Shown: positions 19,080 through 27,588 of the stretch, one piece after another
Layout of the letters: the number at the start of each line of letters is the position of its first letter
Position numbering within the stretch: the first letter of the stretch is position 1
Assembly (NCBI GenBank): GCA_049278975.1
Contig: JBAPNE010000274.1
Coordinates: 1-47,957, forward strand
From: Candidatus Kryptoniota bacterium
GTDB lineage: Bacteria > Bacteroidota > Ignavibacteria > Kryptoniales > JAKASW01
Direction of reading: 5' to 3'
Length of the DNA stretch: 47,957 nt
Position numbers and translations under genes: made by a program
The notes under the pieces: model-generated
Seen by the model: the letters and a program-made list of their open reading frames with translations, nothing else
Databases searched by the model: none
Told to the model about the DNA's origin: nothing

Positions 19080-20182
19080 TTCGCTCTTCGTACCGCTTTT
19101 GCATGTTCTTTCTGTAAGAGATCCATCAACACAGGCAAGCGAAGAAAAAGCTTCTTTGGTTTTCTTGGTTTTCGCATTGCCAAAGCGTAAGATGTCAACA
19201 AAGGCATCGCCACCGTCGAGTCAAGATAAACCACGACAGTATCGGGCAGTTTGTTCGGATCAACTTTTCCCCAGCTTACAGCTTCCGACGGAGTCGCACC
19301 TGAAAGTCCGCCAGTGTCTGCTCTCGCGTCTGTAACCTGAATGAAAAAATCATGTCCCTTCTCGTTTATTCCGAGCACTTCTTGGATCTGGGGCTCCGTC
19401 TGAAGCATAAAATTTTTCGGTGAGCCTCCTCCAAAAATCAAAACGCCACTGCGTCCTCCTGACCGCTTTGCGTCGAGAACGATTGCCGCGGTCTCATTTA
19501 CGTCCTTTGAAACATCCAATTTTAGCCTGTAGCCGTCGAGCGCCATTGCAGCCACATTCATGCCGATCGAGCTATCGCCCGGACTCGAAGTATAAACTGG
19601 TACAGCGTACCTGTATGCTGTTGCGAGAACCGAGCTGTGTTTTATTCCTAAAGATTTTTCCCGAGCAGAAATATATTTCCCAACCCTGTAATGAAATTCA
19701 GCCGTTCCCATCTCTTTTTGAAATTCCGGTTGAGAAATTAAATATCTAAAAAACTCGTCCGTTGTTAGAAGGACTTTGTAATCAAACAAAATATCGTATA
19801 TCCGAATTACGCCTTCTTTCCGCAGGATTCGATCATCCACAAAAGGGCTTCCCTTGTGAAGAGAATGACCGATCGCAAAATGTGCATCGTGATAAAGATT
19901 AGCCCCTGTGGAGACAATCCAATCAACGAAACCCGCTTTAATGAGCGGAACTACGCACGATCCGCCCAATCCGGCAGGCGTCAGCGCTCCGGTGAGACTC
20001 ATACCAATCGTCACATCAGAATCAAGCATTTTTTCCGCAAATAACTGAGCTGCCTCTTTCAAACGAGCAGCATTATACGCTTGAAAATAATTGTCGATCA
20101 GATCAGTGATTTTTATGTCTTTCGTGATTGGATGCGGGATTATTTTCTTTCCCGCGAGGTATCTCGATTTTGCCATGTTCAA
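19076..20182 (-). CDS. Deoxyhypusine synthase family protein (bacterial DHS-like / homospermidine-synthase-like)
   Basis: 368 aa. The C-terminal half aligns by eye with eukaryotic DHS: [13 protein letters not shown] versus ILGGGVVKHH, and [13 protein letters not shown] versus GARPDEAVSWGKI, which includes the catalytic Lys position. 4-nt overlap with the argJ start. Confidence 0.85.
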   Translation of the reverse strand: MNMAKSRYLAGKKIIPHPITKDIKITDLIDNYFQAYNAARLKEAAQLFAEKMLDSDVTIGMSLTGALTPAGLGGSCVVPLIKAGFVDWIVSTGANLYHDAHFAIGHSLHKGSPFVDDRILRKEGVIRIYDILFDYKVLLTTDEFFRYLISQPEFQKEMGTAEFHYRVGKYISAREKSLGIKHSSVLATAYRYAVPVYTSSPGDSSIGMNVAAMALDGYRLKLDVSKDVNETAAIVLDAKRSGGRSGVLIFGGGSPKNFMLQTEPQIQEVLGINEKGHDFFIQVTDARADTGGLSGATPSEAVSWGKVDPNKLPDTVVVYLDSTVAMPLLTSYALAMRKPRKPKKLFLRLPVLMDLLQKEHAKAVRRAK

Positions 20183-20539
20183 TTTTGCTCAAAAATAACA
20201 GTTTTTTTAGATCAAATGCAAGGAAATATTGAAAAAATATAAAAATTCGACTTTAGCATTTGAAAAGTTTGATTTTGGCAAAAATTCAACGATTTTTGTA
20301 AAACTGGTCTGGCGATGAGATATGGCGATTCCGCTGAGTATTTTAGCCCAAGGGATATTGTTCAGAGAACTGTGTTAAAGTCAGATCTGGGTCATGCTAC
20401 ACGAACCGAGTCCCATGTTGTTTACCTTCCAATTTCACTAAACTATTACATATGGTCAATTTTGCACGACAGTTTAGCTCGGCTTTTCTTCGCAAGGCAC
20501 ATTTTGTTAGGATGAGCGGCGTGTACGCCACATTTACAA

Positions 20540-21181
20540 TTATTTTATTAGCCTAATTTTATCCACCAACAACTTGCTCAGTTCAGTTATCTTGGGATCA
20601 TTCAGCATGTCCAACGTATTAGAAATTTGGATCAATTGAATTTGTTCGTCTTGAGTAATATCGAGAAAATAACCATGATAAAATTCTGAACCTTGCAATT
20701 GACCGTCACAGTATGTTTTCATTAGCGCATGGATAAAAAAGCAACGTACGCCGTAAGTATTCCTGAACTCGTAAATCGAATCAATATTCTTTTTACTATA
20801 ACATCCGTCTGCTTCTCCTACGGCAGGTCCGTCAAGTGTGCGTGCCATGGCAAAACCCTTAAATATATCTATACTGTCAAGTTTCTTTGCCCGGCGCAAA
20901 TAATAATCATCAAGACACATAGCGTTAGCAGCAAGAACTTCTTTCCCATCTTTCAGAATTTCAAATCCACCCCACGGTTGCTTCCAAATACGGACAGAGT
21001 ATCCAGCCAAGGAATCAACCGAATAGTTATTTTGAAGAGATTTGGTCGTAATGACCTGTTCCTGGTCAAGATGCTGCATGGAAGGATGTGTTTGAGCCAC
21101 CGCCCTCTCAGCGAGACATAATAAGATAAAAGATAAGGTCAATCTACAAGTTAGATTCCCTCTCACAAAAGTGGATTTCAT
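20540..21181 (-). CDS. Hypothetical secreted Cys-containing protein
   Basis: The ORF track gives 20540..21235. The internal ATG at 21181 starts the signal-like MKSTFVRGNLTCRLTLSFILLCLAERAVAQ. I recognise no family motif. Confidence 0.5.
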   Translation of the reverse strand: MKSTFVRGNLTCRLTLSFILLCLAERAVAQTHPSMQHLDQEQVITTKSLQNNYSVDSLAGYSVRIWKQPWGGFEILKDGKEVLAANAMCLDDYYLRRAKKLDSIDIFKGFAMARTLDGPAVGEADGCYSKKNIDSIYEFRNTYGVRCFFIHALMKTYCDGQLQGSEFYHGYFLDITQDEQIQLIQISNTLDMLNDPKITELSKLLVDKIRLIK

Positions 21182-21589
21182 AATTTCACCAACGCAATTC
21201 GCTCTAACTATAATTAGCCTGCCATATATCGGCATAACATTCCGACAGTAAGAATGTTATGCGCAGGCGAAACGTTTGTTCTATTCTCATTTTTAAAGCC
21301 CTAAGTTTGCTATTTTTTCCTATGTGCCAACTTGTTTTGCCTTGACATAATATATGCGGACGTTCTCGAAGAAACAATCTTTACGGGTGACTTTTAAGAT
21401 TTGATTCGCACATCGTGAAAGAAGTGAACTTCTATCTTAGGTTAATTAGCCTTCGGCTGAGACCTTTGAGTTTTCTCAATTACTTTAAATTCATTTCACA
21501 ATAATACTATTTGCGATTAATCTTGAAAACCTTTACATTTACCGATGAAGGTATGGTGCAGAATTTGTTTTCTTTTCCTAAAATAAATT

Positions 21590-21958
21590 GTGAGTCGTTG
21601 GATGGTAATCTGGCATAACACAGAGGATGCGCCGAGAACGCCCGCTGAAGTTTTTCAAAATGACAAAGTTGTATTATGGATTGGTAGTTATCCAATAGAA
21701 TTAGGACAGACCGTCATTGTAGAAGTCTCCGTTTCGAACAAAAATTCATTAGAAAAGCATTACAACGTGGAAGCCGAATGGCGGTACAACGATTATAGCA
21801 GGAATAATAGTTACTGGACGGCAATATTAGGTCCATTTAAAGCCGGAGAAAAAGTGGGATACAAAATCAAAGGCATGGGACCAGACCAGATCCCACACGC
21901 ACAGATTGACAACTTCATGGTTTTGGATAGACGGCAGCTAAATAACAAAAATGACTGA
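21590..21958 (+). CDS. Hypothetical small protein (beta-sandwich-like composition)
   Basis: 122-aa ORF with a GTG start; an alternative ATG lies at 21602. No recognisable motif, and it is flanked by long non-coding DNA. Confidence 0.4.
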   Translation: MSRWMVIWHNTEDAPRTPAEVFQNDKVVLWIGSYPIELGQTVIVEVSVSNKNSLEKHYNVEAEWRYNDYSRNNSYWTAILGPFKAGEKVGYKIKGMGPDQIPHAQIDNFMVLDRRQLNNKND

Positions 21959-22092
21959 ACTGAAAGAGATAGATTTGCTGAAAAGAGACTTAAAACGAGT
22001 TGAACTTCTTCCCATCTTTCGCATCTAATGTGTAACGAATGCATTCTGTCATACTTTGAGTCTAATAATCAAAAAATGAATGGGAGGGAAAA

Positions 22093-22500
22093 ATGAGATT
22101 CTTAGCGATTCTTTTCGCAACCATTTTGTTCACAAGCGCAGTCTTTGCACAACACACGGGACAGCATCGACAGTTTTATGACACCACATCTGTCGTAACC
22201 ATATCCGGCACCGTCGCCAGTATTGACAGTGTTGCTTCTCCAAGAGGAAACATGTACAGTGTACAGATAACGGTTAAAGATACGAGTGGCACCTCAACGG
22301 TCATGGTCGGACCAAGTTCATACCTTGCTCAACAGGGAATCGCATTCAATGCAGGTGATTCGGTTCAAGTTACTGGTTCTAAAGTTCATTTCAATCAGAA
22401 TGATTTAGTTGTCGCTGCCCAAATAGTAATCGGCGGTAAGACAATCAAACTCAGGGACGATTCCGGAAGACCTGTTTGGTTTCGAAATAGCATGAGATAA
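22093..22500 (+). CDS. Small secreted protein, OB-fold-like periplasmic family
   Basis: 135 aa. gggaggg RBS 4 nt upstream. Signal peptide MRFLAILFATILFTSAVFAQ. The pattern ISGTV...V.V.D..G...V.VGP..YL..QGI.F..GD.V.V.GSKV......VAA.I..GGKTIKLRDDSGRPVW resembles small periplasmic OB-type proteins (from memory). Confidence 0.5.
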   Translation: MRFLAILFATILFTSAVFAQHTGQHRQFYDTTSVVTISGTVASIDSVASPRGNMYSVQITVKDTSGTSTVMVGPSSYLAQQGIAFNAGDSVQVTGSKVHFNQNDLVVAAQIVIGGKTIKLRDDSGRPVWFRNSMR

Positions 22501-22529
22501 ATTGTCGGGCAATAATTGTAAGGAATCTT

Positions 22530-22568
22530 GGCGGGCTGCATATAACGGCTCGCCATTATTTTATTTGC
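22530..22568 (+). terminator. Rho-independent terminator candidate after 22093..22500
   Basis: 7-bp stem ggcgggc / gctcgcc (one G-U pair) with a 10-11 nt loop, followed by attattttatttg. Confidence 0.55.
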
Positions 22569-22671
22569 AATAGAAACCATGATGCAACAATTGCTTATGG
22601 TGCATGATACGCGGATAAAACTTAGCGAAGGAAAACATCGTCGATATTCCGTCTGTGTTAAATTATAAATT

Positions 22672-25008
22672 ATGACCGACGCAATCCTTTTCGGCCGCAA
22701 TGATGAATCGAAGGTTGTGGCAGCATATCAGACGAGCGAAACTACCATTAAGATAGTAAAACGTGTAAACAACGCGGTTGTCACAGAGGAACGTAAATTT
22801 TATCCTTTCTTCTTTTTGCAAGATTCCTCCCTCCTTAAAGGATTCGAAAAAAAATTTTGGGAAATCAGATTAGCCGGCAGCAATCACTATCAACATCTTT
22901 GTGTTTTTCACAAGTGGAGTGACATGCGTGCCGCACTTCGAAGAGTCGCCGATAATTCACATCATGGCACAGGAGAATTTTCGCGCGATTATTCAAAAAT
23001 GGGGGAGGTTTATGTCAAGCTCGATCCCGTCTTTCAATTTCTCATGCAAACGGGGATCACCCTATTCAAAGATATGGAATTCGCAGAACTACGGAGGATG
23101 CAGCTCGACATCGAAACTTTTTCCAGATCTAATTTTTCAGTCGCGTCGCGGCAGGACGACAGAATCATACTTATCTCGCTTTCGGATAATTCCGGTTGGG
23201 AATACGTAATCGACGGGCGCGAGAAAAGTGAAGCAGAAATGCTGGCTGAACTAGTCGAGATAATTAAGCAGCGGGATCCTGATGTTATTGAAGGGCATAA
23301 CATTTATAACTTCGATTTGCCATACATCATGACACGCTGTGAGATGAATAATGTTAAACCCAAGATTGGCAGGGATTCTCTTGAGCCGAAGGTTTTCACG
23401 TCGCGAGTCTCTTACGCTGAGAAGGAGATTGAGTATTCGAGCGTCGAAATTCCAGGGAGGCATATCATCGACACCTGGCTTTTGGTGCAAAGTTATGATG
23501 CCACAAGGCGCGAGCTTGAAAGCTACGGGCTGAAAATTGTCGCGAAGCATTTTGGGTTCGCGGCAGAGGACAGAACGTATATTGAAGGTTCAAAAATTTC
23601 GGAGACGTGGCTTACAAACCCAGATCTGTTGGTTAAATACGCATTGGATGACGTGAGAGAAACAAGGCTCTTATCCGAACATCTGTCTCAGACAAGTTTT
23701 TATTTGGCGCAAATTCTCCCGTACAATTACGGTCAAATATCTCGCACTGGTTCAGCCGCAAAGATAGAATCGCTTTTTGTCCGCGAATATCTCAGGAAAA
23801 AACATTCGATCCCGAAACCGCAAGCCGGCAGGCAAACTTCCGGCGGTTACACCGATGTTTTTCTCCGCGGAGTTGTAGGTCCAATTATTCACGCAGATGT
23901 CGAATCGCTTTACCCTTCCCTCATGATTAACTACAAGATTTCGCCTCTATCGGATCAACTTGGAGTGTTTCAGAGAACTTTGAAACATCTTACCAAGTTG
24001 AGAATCGATACGAAACGACAAATGAAAGAAGAAGCGAACTCGATGAAAAAGTTCAAGTTAGACGCAATGCAGTCTTCCTTAAAAATTTTGATCAACTCAT
24101 TTTACGGATATCTTGGTTATTCACGCGGAATATTCAACGATTATGCTGCCGCCAACATGGTTACGGAAACAGGACAAAAGATTCTTCGGCAGATGATAAC
24201 GCAAATAACTTCAGAAGGTGGAACGCTCGTGGAAGTCGACACTGATGGGTTATACTTTGTGCCGCCGCCTGAACATATTGGGGAAGAAAAAGAGAAAAAG
24301 TTCATATCAAAGTTGTCGCGCGCTCTTCCGCAAGGGATAAATCTTTCGCTTGATGGAAGATATGAGAAAATGCTGAGTTATAAGAAAAAAAACTATGCAC
24401 TCCTTAATTACGACGGTAAAGTAAAAATTCGCGGCTCCGCTCTAATATCGAGAAGCATGGAGAGATTCGGAAGAGATTTCATTTCCAACGCTATTGAGCT
24501 TGTGCTTCGTGAGGATATTCAGGGGTTGCACAATCTATATGTCGATTATGCTAATAAGATACTCAGCAGACAACTCCCGACAGAGAAGATGGTACGGACT
24601 GAAACGGTGAGAGAATCTATCAATGATTATCAATCGGAAGTCAGGGCGAATAAAAGAAACAGGACGGCAAGTTTTGAAGCAGCGGTTAACGCAGGATTAG
24701 ATTTGCGGCCCGGTAATAGAGTTTCTTACTTTATTGTCGGAAGCGACCCGCACCAACGCTCGTTTTCCAATGCGCGTCTTTACGATAAGGACACAAAAGA
24801 TCTGAAAGAGTACAATGCCTATTATTATCTAAAGAAGTTAGATGAATATGCAACCCGTTTTTCCGACTTATTCGAACCGGAAGACTTCCAGAAAATTTTT
24901 TCTTCTGATACAGATTCTCTTTTTGCAATATCACTTGACGGAATTAAAATGAGGGTAACGGAAGTCGGTGCCGGGGAAACGAAAATAGACGATGAGGAAA
25001 GTGAGTAG
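22672..25008 (+). CDS. polB: Family B DNA polymerase (Pol II-like) with an intact 3'-5' exonuclease domain
   Basis: 778 aa. Exo I QLDIETFS (D146/E148). Exo II HNIYNFDLPYI. Exo III KYALDDVRET. Pol motif A HADVESLYPSLM. Motif B KILINSFYGYLG. Motif C VEVDTDGLYF. KKKNYALL (KxY motif). Confidence 0.9.
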   Translation: MTDAILFGRNDESKVVAAYQTSETTIKIVKRVNNAVVTEERKFYPFFFLQDSSLLKGFEKKFWEIRLAGSNHYQHLCVFHKWSDMRAALRRVADNSHHGTGEFSRDYSKMGEVYVKLDPVFQFLMQTGITLFKDMEFAELRRMQLDIETFSRSNFSVASRQDDRIILISLSDNSGWEYVIDGREKSEAEMLAELVEIIKQRDPDVIEGHNIYNFDLPYIMTRCEMNNVKPKIGRDSLEPKVFTSRVSYAEKEIEYSSVEIPGRHIIDTWLLVQSYDATRRELESYGLKIVAKHFGFAAEDRTYIEGSKISETWLTNPDLLVKYALDDVRETRLLSEHLSQTSFYLAQILPYNYGQISRTGSAAKIESLFVREYLRKKHSIPKPQAGRQTSGGYTDVFLRGVVGPIIHADVESLYPSLMINYKISPLSDQLGVFQRTLKHLTKLRIDTKRQMKEEANSMKKFKLDAMQSSLKILINSFYGYLGYSRGIFNDYAAANMVTETGQKILRQMITQITSEGGTLVEVDTDGLYFVPPPEHIGEEKEKKFISKLSRALPQGINLSLDGRYEKMLSYKKKNYALLNYDGKVKIRGSALISRSMERFGRDFISNAIELVLREDIQGLHNLYVDYANKILSRQLPTEKMVRTETVRESINDYQSEVRANKRNRTASFEAAVNAGLDLRPGNRVSYFIVGSDPHQRSFSNARLYDKDTKDLKEYNAYYYLKKLDEYATRFSDLFEPEDFQKIFSSDTDSLFAISLDGIKMRVTEVGAGETKIDDEESE

Positions 25009-25022
25009 CGAGATTCGGTTGT

Positions 25023-25039
25023 GAGGAGGTTAACTCCTC
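25023..25039. terminator. Hairpin between convergent polB and tyrA (possible bidirectional terminator)
   Basis: gaggag (25023-25028) / ctcctc (25034-25039) with loop gttaa, in a 46-nt convergent gap. Confidence 0.4.
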
Positions 25040-25054
25040 CATAGCGATTATTAA

Positions 25055-26212
25055 TTATCCCTCGAATTCTTTCCGTAAGATTTGAAATTCGCTCTGTTCC
25101 AGTATTCGGGCTGCCTGATCTTGAATTTGTTCCGTATCGAAAGATAGCCTAAACATTCCACCGGTTCCTTCTCTAACTTTAAGAAGCTCCATATCTTTTA
25201 TATTGATATTGGAATCGGCAAGAGTGGAGGTAATTTCCTTGAGTACGCCGACTTTGTCTTCGACAACGACATAAAGATCGTAAAGCGGCCGCAAGAAACC
25301 TTTCCCGCTCCTTCGGATTCGCGACCTCGCCATCTTCGCCTTTTCAAATTCCTGGGCAATACCTTCGACGCTTGCATCATTGAGCAACTCACCCAAGCTG
25401 GTAAGTCGCCTTATAAATGCGCTTAGTATGCTTTCGATATTTCCGCGGTTGGATGAAATTACATCTTCCCACACCGCGAAATCACTTGACGCAATTCGTG
25501 TCATGTCCCTGAATCCGCCCGCGGCAAGCGTATTAAAGTTTTCGTCGCTCATCGAAAGTTCGCTTATCAAATTCACGAGTTCCACCGCGACAAGCTGCGG
25601 CAGGTGACTCGTGGCCGCCGCAATCTTGTCATGCTGGGCCGCATCCATAAAAAGTATTCTTGCACCGAGCTGTTGAACTACTTCAAGAAGCGGTGAAATT
25701 TCTTTCTCTGTATAATTTTTAAGCGGACTAATAACGTAAACTGCATTTTGAAAAAGGAATGGCTGCGCAGCTTCAACACCGGACTTCTCGGAGCCTGCCA
25801 TCGGATGACCGCCGACGAAAACGACATTCTCGGGAACGCATTTTCGGGCCGCATCCATGATAGGCGATTTTACTCCGGCCACATCTGTGATTATCGTTCC
25901 CTGAGATGCAAATGAGGAAACTTCACGAAGAATTTCCATAACCCTTTCCGACGGCACACAAATGAAAACCACATCGGGTTTTTCACTGCACAGATTGGAA
26001 ACACTCTTCATGCATTTCACGAATGGAATCTGTTTTACGATCGCCTTCTCGTTCTGCGGCAGGTCAAAAACGAGCACGTTGTGACCGCTTTTCGAAAGCG
26101 ACAACGCGATCGAGCCGCCGATCATCCCACAGCCTATCACACCGATTTTCTTCTGAGCCAGAGGTTCATCAGCCTCCGGCCGAGTTGAATCAAAACTTTC
26201 GAATTCGTCCAA
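25055..26212 (-). CDS. tyrA: Prephenate dehydrogenase with C-terminal ACT domain
   Basis: 385 aa. Rossmann motif IGVIGCGMIGGSIALSL. HPMAGSEKSG catalytic region. C-terminal ACT-like YVVVEDKVGVLKEITSTLADSNINIKDMEL. Confidence 0.85.
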   Translation of the reverse strand: MDEFESFDSTRPEADEPLAQKKIGVIGCGMIGGSIALSLSKSGHNVLVFDLPQNEKAIVKQIPFVKCMKSVSNLCSEKPDVVFICVPSERVMEILREVSSFASQGTIITDVAGVKSPIMDAARKCVPENVVFVGGHPMAGSEKSGVEAAQPFLFQNAVYVISPLKNYTEKEISPLLEVVQQLGARILFMDAAQHDKIAAATSHLPQLVAVELVNLISELSMSDENFNTLAAGGFRDMTRIASSDFAVWEDVISSNRGNIESILSAFIRRLTSLGELLNDASVEGIAQEFEKAKMARSRIRRSGKGFLRPLYDLYVVVEDKVGVLKEITSTLADSNINIKDMELLKVREGTGGMFRLSFDTEQIQDQAARILEQSEFQILRKEFEG

Positions 26213-26223
26213 GTTGATTCCGA

Positions 26224-27240
26224 TTAAGCGATTTCTTTGCCGATAGCTTCCGCTATCAATCTGATTTCTTTCATCATTTGCGTGAACTGGTCGGGAAAGA
26301 GTGACTGCGGACCATCAGACAATGCTTTGCTTGGATCATTGTGTACTTCAACCATGATTCCGTCAGCGCCGACCGCGACGGCAGCCCTCGCCACTGGTAC
26401 AACCTTTTCACGAATACCGGTCGCGTGCGATGGATCAACAATCACAGGAAGATGGCTTTTCTTATGCACGACAGGAATCGCGTTTATGTCTAACGTGTTC
26501 CGAGTCGAATTTTCAAATGTCCTAATGCCGCGCTCGCACAGCATGACTTCCCTGTTTCCGCCTGCAAGGATATATTCTGCTGCCATCAGCCACTCTTCAA
26601 CCGTGGCTGCAAGCCCACGCTTAAGCATGACCGGCTTAGCAATTTTACCGAGGTCCTTCAGCAAAGTGAAGTTCTGCATGTTCCGCGCACCAACCTGAAG
26701 TATGTCCGCGTACTGTGCCACGATGTCGATCTGACTCTTGTCCATCACCTCCGTTACCACAACCAGACCAAATTCGTCACCGGCCTTTCGCAACAATTTC
26801 AATCCATCTTCGCCCAATCCCTGAAATGAATAGGGAGATGTGCGCGGCTTGAATGCGCCGCCGCGGAGAATTTTTGCTCCGTTCTTCGCAATATGTTCCG
26901 CAATGGTGCAAAGCTGCTTCTCGTTTTCGACGGCGCATGGACCGGCTATAACGACAACTTCATTTCCGCCTATTTTCACGCCTTTAATGTCAATAATAGT
27001 TCCCTCAGGCTTGAACGTTCTGTTGGCAAGCTTGTAAGGTTCGGTAACTCGATAAACTTCATCGACACCGGGCAGAACTTGGATTTGCCTATGATCAAAA
27101 TCCGGCTTGACTCCGATCGCTCCCACTATTGTACGCGATACACCAGTCGAGCGATGAACATCGAAACCAAATTCGTTGAGAACTTTTATTACGTTTTCGA
27201 TCTCATTTTCTGTCGCTTCCTCTTCAAATATGACCACCAT
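26224..27240 (-). CDS. 3-deoxy-7-phosphoheptulonate (DAHP) synthase, type I-beta with N-terminal ferredoxin-like regulatory domain
   Basis: 338 aa. KPRTSPYSFQGLG, LPVIVDPSHATG, and an N-terminal ~65-aa domain MVVIFEEEATENEIENVIKVLNEFGFDVH like the Thermotoga-type enzyme. Confidence 0.9.
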   Translation of the reverse strand: MVVIFEEEATENEIENVIKVLNEFGFDVHRSTGVSRTIVGAIGVKPDFDHRQIQVLPGVDEVYRVTEPYKLANRTFKPEGTIIDIKGVKIGGNEVVVIAGPCAVENEKQLCTIAEHIAKNGAKILRGGAFKPRTSPYSFQGLGEDGLKLLRKAGDEFGLVVVTEVMDKSQIDIVAQYADILQVGARNMQNFTLLKDLGKIAKPVMLKRGLAATVEEWLMAAEYILAGGNREVMLCERGIRTFENSTRNTLDINAIPVVHKKSHLPVIVDPSHATGIREKVVPVARAAVAVGADGIMVEVHNDPSKALSDGPQSLFPDQFTQMMKEIRLIAEAIGKEIA

Positions 27241-27588
27241 CTCTACTCCTTTAAAATTTTTTGTTTTCTATAAATCATGGTATAAATCTTATAGAAAGAT
27301 TACTCTCGGCACTCAGCGTTCAGCTAAGAGCTAATTAACTATGGAAATTCGATTTTTTTGTTTGAAAAGATTATATTCCCCGGTGGGGGAAATAAAAGTA
27401 GGAATAAAAGAAGCTGCACCAGAACGACAGGGCGCCGGAACGGGATTGGTGTGCGGATTGATCGGATGATGCTATTCTTAATCCGCTTATGTTATCGACA
27501 CGATTCATGTGTTGAATATAAACAATGTCCGTTGAATTATGCAAGCAATATTTTGATAAAAACTCGCTCGCTGATTAACTTTAATTTA

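Noticed and set aside
20315-20515. A 66-aa plus-strand ORF in the long spacer upstream of the DHS-like gene.
   Set aside because: It has no RBS, an odd composition, no motif, and is not supported by neighbouring gene structure.
22672-25008. The family B polymerase as the core of a casposon, pipolin or prophage.
   Set aside because: There is no Cas1, integrase, terminal protein, capsid or packaging gene within about 20 kb on either side. I could not spot flanking terminal inverted or direct repeats. The gene size and motif set resemble cellular Pol II.
27400-27470. A possible SRP (4.5S) RNA, because of a GGAA tetraloop-like ccggaacgg in a GC-rich patch.
   Set aside because: The conserved helix-8 sequences (AGGUC...GGAAGCAGC type) are absent on both strands, and the flanking arms do not pair.
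27358-27588. A TTG-initiated N-terminal extension of the GWxTD protein ORF.
   Set aside because: The translation (GGGNKSRNKRSCTRTTGRRNGIGVRIDR...) is not protein-like. A clean signal peptide starts at the ATG at 27589.
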